A stretch of DNA of 63,998 bases, filler included, from Diploschistes diacapsis (Eukaryota), in NCBI GenBank assembly GCA_023645945.1. It is 10 parts of 10 records of this genome, joined end to end, with 100 filler letters (N's around TTAATTAATTAA, not from the genome) between each part and the next. Parts side by side here need not be neighbours in the genome. Positions count along the whole stretch, not along the records: positions 47,876 to 52,018 come from JALAIB010001772.1; positions 52,119 to 56,250 come from JALAIB010001773.1; positions 56,351 to 60,478 come from JALAIB010001774.1; positions 60,579 to 63,998 come from JALAIB010001921.1; 6 more parts are not named here. The stretch is one strand, 5' to 3'. This document shows positions 51,626 through 63,863 of the stretch, piece by piece; the stretch's first letter is position 1; each line of letters starts with the position of its first letter. The position numbers were made by a program, and so were the translations under genes. The notes under the pieces were generated by a model, which ran no database searches, was not told where the DNA came from, and saw only the letters and a list, made by a program, of their open reading frames with translations.

Positions 51626-51832
51626 ACGTGTTCCACCACATAACGGATCACCCCACAAAGCGGTTCACTACATTATAATGTAATTGCGCTAGATAGTTTT
51701 AAGCGAGCTTTTGAGCCCCACAGCCACACATAGAATTATTTGTACGAAACTAAATCTGTTTTCAACTACATTATACGAAGGTGCCGGGATTGTGAACCGC
51801 TTTGTGGGGTGATCCGTTGTGGTGAAACACGT
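51626..51832. mobile_element. Fot1/pogo-type MITE (207 bp)
   Basis: TIRs ACGTGTT(C/T)CACCAC..AACGGATCACCCCACAAAGCGGTTCAC, TA flanks. Confidence 0.85.
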
Positions 51833-51834
51833 TA

Positions 51835-52018
51835 ACGTCTTTCCCCAGGAAACGGAACACCCCACGAAGCGGAACACTACATTATAATGTAATTACGCTA
51901 GATAGCTTTAAGCGAGCTTTTGAGCCCCACAACCACACATAAAATTATTTGTACGAAACTAAATCTGTTTTCAACTACATTATACGAAGGTGCAGGGATT
52001 GTGTTCCGCTTCGTGGGG
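51835..52018. mobile_element. Second MITE copy in tandem, sharing one TA with the previous copy; truncated by gap
   Basis: Starts ACGT..GAAACGGAACACCCCACGAAGCGGAACAC immediately after TA 51833-51834, with the same internal sequence. Confidence 0.82.
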
Positions 52019-52118
52019 NNNNNNNNNNNNNNNNNNNNNNNNNNNNNNNNNNNNNNNNNNNNTTAATTAATTAANNNNNNNNNNNNNNNNNNNNNNNNNN
52101 NNNNNNNNNNNNNNNNNN

Positions 52119-52500
52119 ATAATAAAAACACGAAAACACTTTTTTTTTTTAATATTTTTAAAATTATCACGTTTATTTCTTACGTTTTTATTTTTAAAAA
52201 AGTTTTTTTAAAACACGGATACGGACACGGACATTATATTATAATAAATACACGGACACGAACACCGTAATTAAATCTTTTAAAACACGGGATATTAATA
52301 CGGATATTATATTTCCGTAAATCCACGAACACGGACACTATAATTAAAAAATTTAAAATATTAATATTAATACGGATACTGCACTTCCGTGAATCCACGG
52401 ACACGGACACCGCAGCTAAAAAATCTAAAACACGGATACTGACACTATCAGTGTCCGTGTCACTGACACGGCCGTGTCAGTATCAGTAACGGCCAGCTTA
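52119..52500 (-). mobile_element. hAT-like element terminus with ACACGG subterminal repeats, RIP-affected
   Basis: Aligns with 4256-4441 (GCAGCTAAAAAATCTAAAA, GTGTCCGTGT.ACTGACAC, CGGCCAGC). Confidence 0.6.
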
Positions 52501-52583
52501 ATCTTAATAACGGTTCGGTGCAACCCGGAAGATACCATAATCGATTTCCACTTTGCGTTAGCTTCCCACTTTCATTTCGTTTC

Positions 52584-54382
52584 TGGCATGCAAATGCCTT
52601 ATGAAATCTAGTGGGAGAAGTGAGTGTTAATTGTAGCTAAGTCTGTAGTAAAATCTACTTATATACAGCAGATGCCAAGTGGTATCGTCATAGATGTCGC
52701 CTGTGGCAGCGAGGTCGGCATCACCTGCCATCAGTAATCCTTAAGCGATCCATCAGCAAGCCCAGCGATTACCATAATATCTCTTTTTAACAAAAAGCTT
52801 ATGCCCTCATAAGTATGTATTTAGTATGTATTTATGCCCCAAAAGCTATCCCCAAAGTATCTTTTCTTATGATTATTTGCTTTAGAGAAAAACCTTCGAC
52901 AAAAGCTTGTTAAAAGCCCTTAAGTAGCATTGTAACTTTGACTTTTTTAAGAGATCAAAAACCTTAGCAATCCTCGCCATTCTTGCCTGTATCTTATTCT
53001 TGATCCTGTCTAACCTCTGTAAGATCCTCATGTGATCGCTCGTAATCGGCGACAAGGTCCTTGGCATGCCGTAGTAGTTCCTTCGACGATAGCCACATAT
53101 CTTCGCTAGCATCGTAAAGTCCCCTTTGCGCATGAAGCAAACTTTGTGTCTCCGATCGTACGTCTCTTTCATGACAATCTCTGCCATAGCCAATGCATCC
53201 TTCGCATCCGTGATTTCTGGCCTTGGTCGTACTAGTTCGGCGACTATGTTGCGTTTGCGTCGTATCTCCTTTTGAAAGAATCGAAGGTTTTGAGGCTCGA
53301 GAAGGTTGCGAAGGTTTGTGACTTGCCGGCTCGTTAACTGTACTTACAGATTGCGACCGACGGTGCTTATGTCCAGAACCAGACCTGATTCTCGATAGGA
53401 ATTCGTCCGGAATTTCATTTCGATAGTTCCTTTTAAATACTCTAAGCTCTATAAACATAAGGACTGGATCTACTATCCACTTTAAAGAGAATAGCTGGGA
53501 TGGCGGATAGGCCGAAAAAGATTTAATCTTAATATTAAATTTAGTCTATCGTTATTACTTTAAAACGTATCTTTCTTTAAATTCTTATTTTAATTATTCG
53601 ATATTCGCCGGTAATTCGTAATTCTCTAAAATCCAACGTATTATTTCGTCGTAGAATTCTAATTCTAGAATTTTATTCTTATTTTTAAAGTAGAACCGAA
53701 GTTTTATTACTTTCTCGACGATGGTTTCGGGGCTGGCTTTTCTGTCAGAAGCCGGCATAGGCACATCCGAGGTTTATAAGATTGAGAGAAAGCTGCTTTC
53801 CAGATAGACCCTGTCTTGAGCCTTAAGCTCAATAGAGGTCCACAGCTAGTTGAGCTCTAGAAGTTTAGTTAGGAAGTTTAGCTGTTCGGGTAAAGGGAGT
53901 ATATAAGGTAGTAAAGCCAGATAGCTGTATAAGGAGGTAGGCGAGATACTTTAATCTATGTAGTTGTTATTTAACAGTTATTACCCGATCGTATAAAGGA
54001 AAAGTAACAAAATTTTAAAAGCAAAGACAAGTGAAGGGCTGGGAATGGTGGGGAAAGTAAATTCTTTAAAGCCCGAGCTTTAGAAGAAGCTCTAATCTAA
54101 CTGTCGGATTGGGTAGAGGAAATTTTTACTAACTAATATTATTTAGTATTGGGATAAGAGGATTAAACCCGTTGTCGTTATTACTAAATTAGCATACAAA
54201 TACCTTATGAAATCTAGTGGAAGAAGTGAGTGTTAATTGTAATTAAATCTATAGCAAAATCTATTTATATATAGCAGATGCCAAGCGGCATCGTCATAGA
54301 TGTCGCCTGTGGCAGCGAGGTCGGCACCACCTGCCACCAGCAATCCCTAAGCGATCCACCAGCAAGCCCAGCGACTACCACA
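52584..54382 (-). mobile_element. Complete short non-autonomous LTR retroelement (1799 bp, 193-bp LTRs, 5-bp TSD GTTTC)
   Basis: LTRs 52584-52776 and 54190-54382 with outer TG..CA ends. GTTTC at 52579-52583 and 54383-54387. Purine tract beside the left LTR on the minus strand. Only a gag-like remnant inside (52994-53458). Confidence 0.88.
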
Positions 54383-54889
54383 GTTTCTATAGTTCAAGAG
54401 ACATTCTTCAAATCTCGGTCGTCAATGCTGGACTTAAAAGACCATTCAGGAATTTCAATTATCTTAAGTAATACGATCAATTAAATAAATAAGCTGGCCG
54501 TTTAACGAAATCGAAATAACCTCTTATAAACTTTTGTAAATCTTATTTAATCTTATTTAATCTTATTTTTATAACCGCGGATTTTATTTTAATCGTTTCG
54601 ATATATGAATGCGGTACCCAGTTTCAGTTTAATACGTTTATAATTTTCGATAAATCTAATTCTAGAATTTCCTAACGCTCTCGTACGTACTTTAACTTTA
54701 AATGTTAAATTTAATCTGAGTGGCGATCTCCTCGTGTAAGTATAACGACAAATAACTAATTCTCGCTTTCCTTTTTATCATAAATAATATTCGAAATTTC
54801 TTATCGGAGTCGGCCACTTTTGTCTCCAATTCTCCGTACTCTTACAGTCGTTGGGGTCAACTACCTTAAAGGCCAGGACGCTAATCCCT

Positions 54890-55278
54890 GTTGGTGCAAT
54901 GGGAGGTACAAAGACTGGGGAGTATTCCTATGCCTCCTGCCTTTGGGAAAGCTATCGATGTATGGGCAGTTGGTCTGAATATGTTCATGTTATACGCGGG
55001 TAAGCGTCTTTAACTGAGCGTTGTTTGCCAAGCCAAACGAACTCAAGGAGAATATAACTGATATTGATGTCTTCAATATTTTCCGTGACCGACTCAACAA
55101 GCAGCTCGATATATACGCCTATTTCAGCCAAATCTGGATTGGAGTGGTAAGAGACATGACAGAATGGAGACCAGAAAAAATGATTACGGCGAAACAACTT
55201 TTGGGGGAGCTAGAAGGTCAGGGCAAAGCCAGATATCAGCCCGAAATGTATGAGTGCTGTAAGCCTAGAGCCCCTTAA
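54890..55278 (+). pseudogene. Protein kinase C-lobe fragment
   Basis: FGKAIDVWAVGLNMFMLYAG (subdomain IX-like) and VVRDMTEWRPEKMITAKQLL (subdomain XI-like). Upstream sequence is AT-rich and degraded. Confidence 0.45.
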
Positions 55279-55766
55279 GGATCGCAAACGACCTCGTACC
55301 GATAATATAATAATAACAACAACAACGAGAGATAAGTACGCGAGTCACTCCCAAATGTTCATTGAGTCGAGAAATGAATACGGGAAGAACTCCCGGGATG
55401 TTCATGGAATCGAGAGGTTAATACTTGAAGCACTCCCGCGATGTTTATAGTGGCGAATAGCATTGGCCGATTGATAGGACATTGTTAAGAAGCATAGATC
55501 GCAAAGGCGGGAATAGCATACTACTCAATTTACAGTTGAACCTTCATAAGCAGCGACAGCAGTTATTAGTTTCTATCTTTCCTTGAAAATATTCAATACA
55601 TATGCAGTTTTCGGGCACTCCCCGTCCATCCACTCTATTATCACCAGCACCCAACTTCTCAGAAGTGGGGCCACCTTCAAACCCACCTATTTCGTCTGAC
55701 CGTTCCGTTCCATATGCCCTCAAACCCCCTCCACCCGCCCACCTACTTGTTCCAAACCCAAACACC

Positions 55767-56250
55767 ATGTCCCCCCATCTAGAAATCTCCGCCTTCTCTC
55801 GCCACGCCGCCATCACCGCTCTCTCGTACCCCTCCAGCCTCCCCTCCTCTATTCCTTTCCCTTTTCCAGACCGCATCGAGCTCTGCGCCGGCCCCCGCTC
55901 CCTCGGCGGCAGCACCCCGGCTACCACCTCCCTGTCCGTCGTGAAATCTCACATCGCAACCCTCCCGGCCCCATACAATGCCATGCCAGTCTACTGCATG
56001 CTTCGGCCTGCACCCCCGCCTTTCCAGCCGAACTGCTTCACCGTCAGCGACGCCGAGTTCCAAGACTTGAAGGCTGCGCTGCTGGAGCTCCGTGCAGCGG
56101 GAGCAGACGGGTTCGTCTTCGGTATACTGACGGCTGAGGGGAGAATTGATGGGGAGAGGAATGGGGAGCTGGTGAGTTTGGCCAGGGAGATGGGGGTGGA
56201 GGGGTGTACGTTTCATCGGGCGTTTGATTGGTATGTTGGGGAATTGGGGG
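55767..56250 (+). CDS. cutC: Copper homeostasis protein CutC family, truncated by gap
   Basis: LEISAFS, DRIELCA..GGSTP, VYCMLRP, GADGFVFGILT, CTFHRAFD. Confidence 0.88.
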
Positions 56251-56350
56251 NNNNNNNNNNNNNNNNNNNNNNNNNNNNNNNNNNNNNNNNNNNNTTAATT
56301 AATTAANNNNNNNNNNNNNNNNNNNNNNNNNNNNNNNNNNNNNNNNNNNN

Positions 56351-59300
56351 CGCCTAGCATGTGCAGCATCTCCCCGCCCCGAAACACGCTTCCCCCCCTC
56401 CTCCGGCAGCATCCCGGCCCTCTCCAAGATAAACTGCTGGACCGCCTCCCGATGTTCCCACAGCATGCGGCTGAGCCCCTCGTGCGGCGAAGGCATGATC
56501 CTGCCCAGTTTCTTGCTGTGTTTCTTGCGCTCGGGCGCCCAGACGGGATGCGTCTTTGCGACGAGGATCAGGGAGGTGTTGTAGTAGGTTTTGGCGAAGT
56601 CCGTCATGAAGACCTCGGAGATGCTGCGCAGGGGCTGGGTGCGCGAGAGGAAGCCGACGCAGCCGGCGTAGGGGCCGAGGTTGTCGTCTGTGGAGTTTCC
56701 GTCAGCGATTGAATGGGGGAGGGAACAAGGGAGATGCTGGGTCTGTGGGGGAATTCTGGTATGGATTTTGGAAGGAAGGGGGGCAGATGAGGTGGAAAGG
56801 GTATGTCATGTAATTGAGAATCTAGGTGGGAATAGAGAGGTTCCATCTTACAGGTGCGAGTGTTGAGTATGTGCATGACGGCACGATAGGCGTCGCCGAC
56901 GCCGACGAGGATGGCCTTTTTAGGATCGTTGGGCCTTGTGGCCTGGTCAGCTTTGAAAAAGTACGCAAGGAAGTAAGTGGGCAGACTCTATGTAGTTTTC
57001 CCAGAGATAGAGGGCTAGCTCTTCGGTGGCTCTGGTGATCTTCATCGCTTCTTCTTCATTTGGCCCATCGATTTTCTAGCGCTGGTGGTTAGTAAAGCGA
57101 CGCTTTTGCGATTATCGGCTTACGCTGATGCCCGTAAGGAATTTCGGTACATTCGCGTCTATTACTCCAAAGCCTTGATCTATCGCCCACGATATGTAGG
57201 ATTTGAGGGTATCGGCCTTTGCATTGTCAGGATCTTTTTTATATATGGACTTCTGCCACCAAAGCTTACCACTGTCAGATCATGCAGATCCATCTTGCCG
57301 GTAACAGGGTCTAGTCTGCCAACGATTTCAGGACTTTGACCCCCAAATAAGCCTACGCCCACCCCCAGTGAACTAAATACTTACGGATCACGAAAAATTA
57401 CCAGTAACGGGACGCCTTTGTGATAATTGCGCCTATTCATGATCAACCTAGAAAAGCCAACTGCGCTGGTTACTTACGTTGCGAGTACCTGATTTTCGTA
57501 GGATTTTGAAATTGATGATCGGAAAATGTTCAGGTTGATCATCTTGTGCTCGTTGAACAAAACGTTTCGTTGGTGCCTTCGAATAATGTCTACCATGTGC
57601 TTAGGGCCTAGTATGAGGTTCATGAATTACAATGCTTACCGTGTAGTTTCTCGGTCTCAATGAAATCATCGAAATCTTTTCAGATTAGCCATATAAAGAC
57701 TGGGAAAAAAGAGTCATACCTTTGCTAAGATCTTTTGGTAACAGACATTTCCAGTATTTTTGCTGATGCATCATAACCATTCGAACAGTCTCAACGGCCT
57801 TTTGCGTTGCCGCTGTTTCATGCAATCTTGGCGGCATTTCTCCCATTAGAGTCTTTGTCACGGCCAATGCAGATAAGGAGATTGAATCTAAATTGTAGCC
57901 TCCCTTGATGAAGTTTTAGTAGACTTCTAGGCGAGCTATATCTTGTTTTACAAACCTCTAAACAAGCGACAAGCTTACCGCCTGCAACAGACAGAAGCAT
58001 ATGTGTCATGTGAGCATAGCACTCAGGGCTCACGAAGCACCCTCCAAGTTGGTCTCCTCTTGCAGCATCAAATCCGGCAGCAACTGCCAGTCTATAAGAA
58101 CTGTCCCCAAAATAGTAAAGAAGAAGGATAAAAGGAAGAAAAAGCTATTTTAATACTTACCAAGGACCAGGTCTGGTGCGAAGTCAAAAGCAACTGGCAT
58201 AACGATATGCTGAAATGCATACATATAATCAGCATCTCCCATGCCTTTAGTGGGCCAAGGTATGTTTATATTCCTGTTAATGTCAGTTTTAAATGTAGAA
58301 CAGATACTGGGGAACTCGCTTTCCAATCCCTGCATCCACGCCACAGTGCAAATGATCACCGTAATCGCCAGCAGGGTAGAAACGCCCATTTTCGTGCACG
58401 TGTATGGAAATATACAATACATTCGGATCATCGTAGAACGCTTGCTGGATGCCATTCCCTAAATCATGAGCTCAACTGTATTTGACAAGGTGCTAGAAGA
58501 AAATACCGTGGTGAACGTCCCTAGAACTGGTTAAATACAATATTTGACGGATCAATCCCTTTTCTTACCAATCAAGTATCAGCACTTTCCGAATACTGGG
58601 GATTCGTGCCCTAGCAACCTTTGCCGCTATTGCCACATTGTCAAAATGACAAAAACCCATGGATCTGTCACATTCGGCATGGTGCCCTGGAGGCCTAATA
58701 ACGGCAATTGCATTTTTTACTTCGGTACCTTCAGCTACCGCGAGGGTGGTCTCTATTGCCGAGCCTGCAGCCAGCAGTGCCGCATTGTACGTGGATTGGT
58801 TGTAATAAATGGAATCATACTGTTTCTCCTCAGCTAGAAGAGCGTCGTCTGACATACCTAGTAAAGATGAGTAAGATTTCTAGGCATAAGTAATTTCATG
58901 CATACCAGCAGTGGCTTTGAGGAATTCGAAATGTTGTGGCTCATGCACCAGGGACACTTCGATCCTGGTGGCATACCGTGGGGATATCCTACGCAATGGG
59001 GCTGCAACCAATGCCTTTTTCGGCTTGAATGCAGGATCGTCGGCGAGACCTGCGTGACATAACGTTTTGTATATGGCCAAAATTCGTCTTGGGTCTTCTG
59101 GGTGGAAGTCACTTCTTTGGCTAGGGGGGTTCAACTCGGTATGGAAACGCATCCTTGCATCATAGCAGAGACCAGTCTTTAGTAATGTGTAGGGTAGGGG
59201 TGTTCGCCTGACAACTTCTCTCAGCTGGTCGTCGAGGTCGGAAGAACCTTCGTTCTCGCTTGAAGGTGATTCTCGGACTGGTTGATCCTTGACTTTGGTA

Positions 59301-59431
59301 GGAAGGCTTGTTTCCCCGGGGAATGGTGGTGCTGGAGTTTGAAAGCCACTGGCTTGGCCATCTGTCACTCCCGTCGGTAGTGGGGTGATATGTTCCGCCA
59401 AATCGGGAGCTTCCCCCATTTCGGTATCCAT
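56351..59431 (-). CDS. HDA1: Class II histone deacetylase Hda1/Clr3 with C-terminal Arb2-like region, many introns, 3' end at gap
   Basis: [60 protein letters not shown]. Confidence 0.92.
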
Positions 59432-61757
59432 CTCACGGACACCGGAACGCCGAGAACCTCAGCGACCGCTCAAACTTCCATCAAGCATCTCGCCCGATAG
59501 GTACGAAAGCTATAATGGAAGGGTCCCGCTGCCAATAGCGTCGCACTAACAAAAAAAGACAGTGAGTTTCTTACACAAATAATTGGACATACAGCTGTTT
59601 CTCAACCATAGAATCAAAGACGAACATGATCATATACCCAGCGCTACAAGATGGGAAGATTCATGATGTGAAAGGAAATGGGAACGGAGCAACTCTAGCA
59701 TTTGGGCGACTCACGCGATAAAGACGCGCTTTGGCTGTGTTAGCGGGAATGAAACTCCTGAAAACAGACAGGGTGGTAGTTCTAGTTGTTCTCGACCTAA
59801 TTTAGACTAGTGCAATTGGGCTAGAAGCAGTAGATTGAGAGCTGCAGCAAGACTGGCATTTCTTTCAAGTTTCCGCTTTCAGCTTGGTACTTCAGGTTCT
59901 CCGGATTCCGAAGCCGTAGCAACTATTTCGAAGATTCGAGTGGATTAGCTCCAAGAAAAAAACAAAGATAGAAAGATAGAAGAGACAGAAAATAAGTTCT
60001 CAGACTCTCACTAGTTGGGAGTTGCCCATGTTTCCAATTTTTAAGTGAAAATTAATGGTCTTGGCTTACGTAAGGATGAATAATTTCTTTACTAATCAAT
60101 CATTTGACCCTGTTCGTAATTTAGCCTCGGTAAATATTCAAGATGAAAAGAAAGACTTACATTTCAAGATTTATTAAAGGTCTAATGCAGTAGATTGCTC
60201 GCCAAACCTTATCATCTAATCCACTATTAGCTATATATTAATCTACTAATTTCGTAATTTCCTTATGCCATTCATCGAACTTTATGGACTAAAAACGCTA
60301 ACATGAAAGATACTATGATTTCTGAGATAATTCGAAGACGAGATATTTCTAACGGAAATACGTGTAGATGTGTTTAAAAAGGGTGGAAGTTGTGATCCAT
60401 AATTAAATAATATTGATAATAAATATATGCTAATGTGCTTACAGTAATACAATAATAATATATTATTACTATTATAAGNNNNNNNNNNNNNNNNNNNNNN
60501 NNNNNNNNNNNNNNNNNNNNNNTTAATTAATTAANNNNNNNNNNNNNNNNNNNNNNNNNNNNNNNNNNNNNNNNNNNNACTCGGGATTAATTTATATTCG
60601 TTACTTCTATCATTTTAGAACCTTCTTTTTAAAAACAATCCAAGACCTATAACTGCTTTATCTTCTTTTCCTGCCACATTCCTCTTCTAACAGAGACTAA
60701 ACCCACCTTGATCCTACTCGTGTATACCTTGTATAGATAGAGATCATAACATATAACCGTAATAACTATCGGGAGACGTAATTTTAATAGACGATTAAAC
60801 GTAATAAAGCAGGTATTAATCCGGGTTCGTAATTTATTTAATAACGTAATGGATGTATTAAAGTTTAAAGATCTATTTAAAAAATTATTCTATTTTATAA
60901 ACTTTTATTTTTATAGGATACGTTAAGTTTTATTATTTATACTATTCTTAAACCGGTCTAGTTGGGATTTCAAAAAATTCAGCTGAACTGAACCTCCCTC
61001 TGGAACTTAGTTAGACTCTCAGCCATGCCTTCTGCCTGTCTGCTCAACAAAAAGCTATAAAACCTTTTTATAATAAATAACGGCGGTAAAGGGAAACGAA
61101 GGCGAACGGGCGCGACGGACGCGGCGAGCGCAGTAAAAATAGGCGAGATAAGGACGGTAGAAGGAACGGAAGGAAGAATGAAGGAAAAAACGATATTTTT
61201 ACGATTTAAAATAACGGCGAGGATATCGTAAAATTTTTAATTTTTAAAATTTAACTCGTCGTTGTTATCGATATCAACGATTACGTTAAACGTAATCGCA
61301 TCGGCGATAAAAGACGTAGGGCGAATAAATAAAAAAATATTTATTATATTTAAAAAATAATTAGAAAGATAAGATTAAAAATAATAAAAAAAATATATAA
61401 ATCGCGTAAAAAGTAAATAAATATAACTAAAAAAAAGAATAATTCTATAGATACTTATGGCTATAGATAAATTTAGGTGATTAAGAAAGTATCTATAGAA
61501 TCATGGTACTTATCTTGTAATTTATGTGTACAGTAGGCAGAATAGCACTTGCCAGTTCTGGGCGTGGCCCAGTTCCCCGTTAAACTTAGCTTTCTTTTTT
61601 AAACTTTTTCAAAAAGATTCATTCCTATATTAACTCTTATTTCCGCCACGAGATCCAACCACCTTGATCAATACCCCGTGTCTACCTTGTGGAGATAGAT
61701 ATTATAACAGTTAATTAAACAAATCGTACAAGCTTGGCTCACAACTTCCAACTTTAT

Positions 61758-62214
61758 CTAGTTTCTATACGAACCACCTCCACCCGAACCGCTTTCACTA
61801 GAAAGACCAATATCCTTCGATGCCTTTCTCATCCTTTCAGTGGTACTGGGCGTGTTCAGGCGAGCCTGTTGCTGAGATTTCCTTATTGTGGAATCGTGTT
61901 TGCTAGCCACTTGCACCGCTTTGCTCGTGCCTTTGATGGCCATCGCATCCCTAGTGTTGCTGAGACGGTTCAACTCTTGGCTGGCTATTTGGCCCCGGGT
62001 GTAGATGGGATAGTAATCCTCATCGTAGAAATCCCGTGCGTAGAAGGAGCCGATATCGTCGAAGTATTCGGAGTCAGCTTCAGGAAAAGCATCTCGGATC
62101 GTCAATAGACCGGCTTGGAAACCGTCTTCGAAGGCTCGGCGCACATGGAGGTTGGCCGTGGAGCTGGCGGCGAAAGTAAGGATAAAAATAACGGCGGTTT
62201 TTGGTGAAATGCAT
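61758..62214 (-). CDS. Small secreted prepro-protein with an apparent +1 frameshift in the signal-peptide codons
   Basis: Removing one A from an A5 run gives MHFTKTAVIFILTFAASSTANLHVRRAFEDG..RDAFPEAD..YARDFYDEDYYPIYTR, followed by a basic C-terminal part. Confidence 0.6.
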
Positions 62215-63333
62215 TTTGAGATTGTTTGCTTCGGAAATCGGTTGTATAATTGATATGATGAGGAGGGTGTGCTTTGAAGGTAACGAAAGCGGTTACTGTT
62301 TAGTACGTAGTTTGAAATCGATAAGCCTCGAATGGGGAATGTGTCTGAGGAAGGTCTATATAGTCTCGTTCTGCCTGTAGGAGAGCATCCGCATAATCAG
62401 GACGGGCCCATTGAGATGAGATGGCTACGCCACACTCGTCGAACATGGTATCTTCGAACATAGTAAGTTAGAGGACTGTTGGATCTGGGCCTGAGGGCTC
62501 GAGGAGAATAGCTGTCATCATAAGGATCGTAGTTTGGACGTGGGTCTCTGTTCTGACAACTGCTGCGAACACATTAATGGTCTTCTATTAGGGCACTCTC
62601 AAGGAATTAATGCTGGTGATATCATGTTAAATTCTCCCACTCACCCCGGAAAAGCTTCAACCGCCGCATGGGATAAGCTCGATCCTGTATTCAACCATGG
62701 CAACACATGGGAAAGGATCTCACCTGTGTTTCAGTACACAGTAATAAATGTGCGCCATATTGACTCATCCTTTTCGCCCACAATAGGTGTGCCCTGGTTC
62801 CATTCCATGGCTTGACATCTTATCGTGGACAGTTGCTCGAAAGCCCTCGTTTTGAAATGTCATTTAGGTGCGGTACTGGGTATAATTCTTTCCTCTTGTG
62901 TTCCTGGGCGTAAATGTAGTAAGTATTGTCTATTTATTGCAGCATTCGATTAAGAGCACAAATGTCTGAAGAGTGTTGTAGGCGTGAGAAGACATTTTTT
63001 ACTTGGGCGACTTCTATTCGATATGGCTACCGCATTGTGACCGCCTTCCACTTGCCAAACAATCGCTTAAGGGGAGGCCATCGCCAGTTTCATTACCAGC
63101 CCCTTTTCCAAGCACGGAACCGTCTTCGACGCATCAGCTGATCTTGCCAATGCCACGAACTATGATCCATTCCCCGAGATCGTAGCCGCGGTTTCGTACG
63201 CGGCAGAGGCCAGCTGAAATCTCATCACTACCATCGCGGCCTATAGCAAGGCAGAGGCCAAGCCCGTGGCACTTCAACCATTCGTTAACGTGCCAAATAC
63301 CAACAACACGCTGCATATTACGTCGATCAGTAC

Positions 63334-63863
63334 GTGATCCAACGAATCAGCCATCCCAGTCACAGAACAGATGTTCTACACCGGCACCCTTGGCGTCTCA
63401 GTGGCGCTAATGGGCAAAATGGTCGAGTGGTGGGATGCCATCCTCAACTTTGCCATCCCATCTCGGGACTCAACCCATGGGGCTCCGTCTTTGAGCTGCA
63501 CCCCACCATCTACACGCAGTACGGTACGAAGAGCGGCGGCAATTCGTTCGGCACGTCGCCCAAGGACGGGAACGCAATGATCCTGCTTCTCAGTCCGAAT
63601 TGGAACAACATCGCGTCCGATGCGCTGGTGATGAGCACGGCTTGCCAGTCGCTGGACGGTGGGAATGACATCCCGAAGAGCATGGGCCTTTTGCACGACT
63701 TCCAGTACCTCAACTACGTCGGGCCGGGGCAGAACCCGCCAGCGAGCTACAGGCGCTTCTAATTCGGCCAAGCTGCGCGCGGCGAGCAAGAAATAGCAAG
63801 AAATACAATCCGCGTGGCGTGTTTCAGCATCAGGCGCCTGGTGGGTTTAAGCTGTGCCCGTGA
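63334..63863 (+). pseudogene. C-terminal relic of an FAD-linked (BBE/6-HDNO-like) oxidoreductase
   Basis: GLLHDFQYLNY..QNPPASY, then out of frame KLRAASKK/YNPRGVFQHQAPGGFKL. Frameshifts present and no FAD-binding N-terminus recognised. Confidence 0.7.

Noticed and set aside
52200..52500. CRISPR-like array
   Set aside because: Eukaryotic context; short irregular ACACGG repeats without unique spacers fit transposon subterminal repeats.
43632..56250. A single Starship-like or metabolic cluster spanning the PNP relic, 6PGD paralog and CutC
   Set aside because: The parts lie on separate, artificially joined contigs, and no DUF3435 tyrosine recombinase was recognised.
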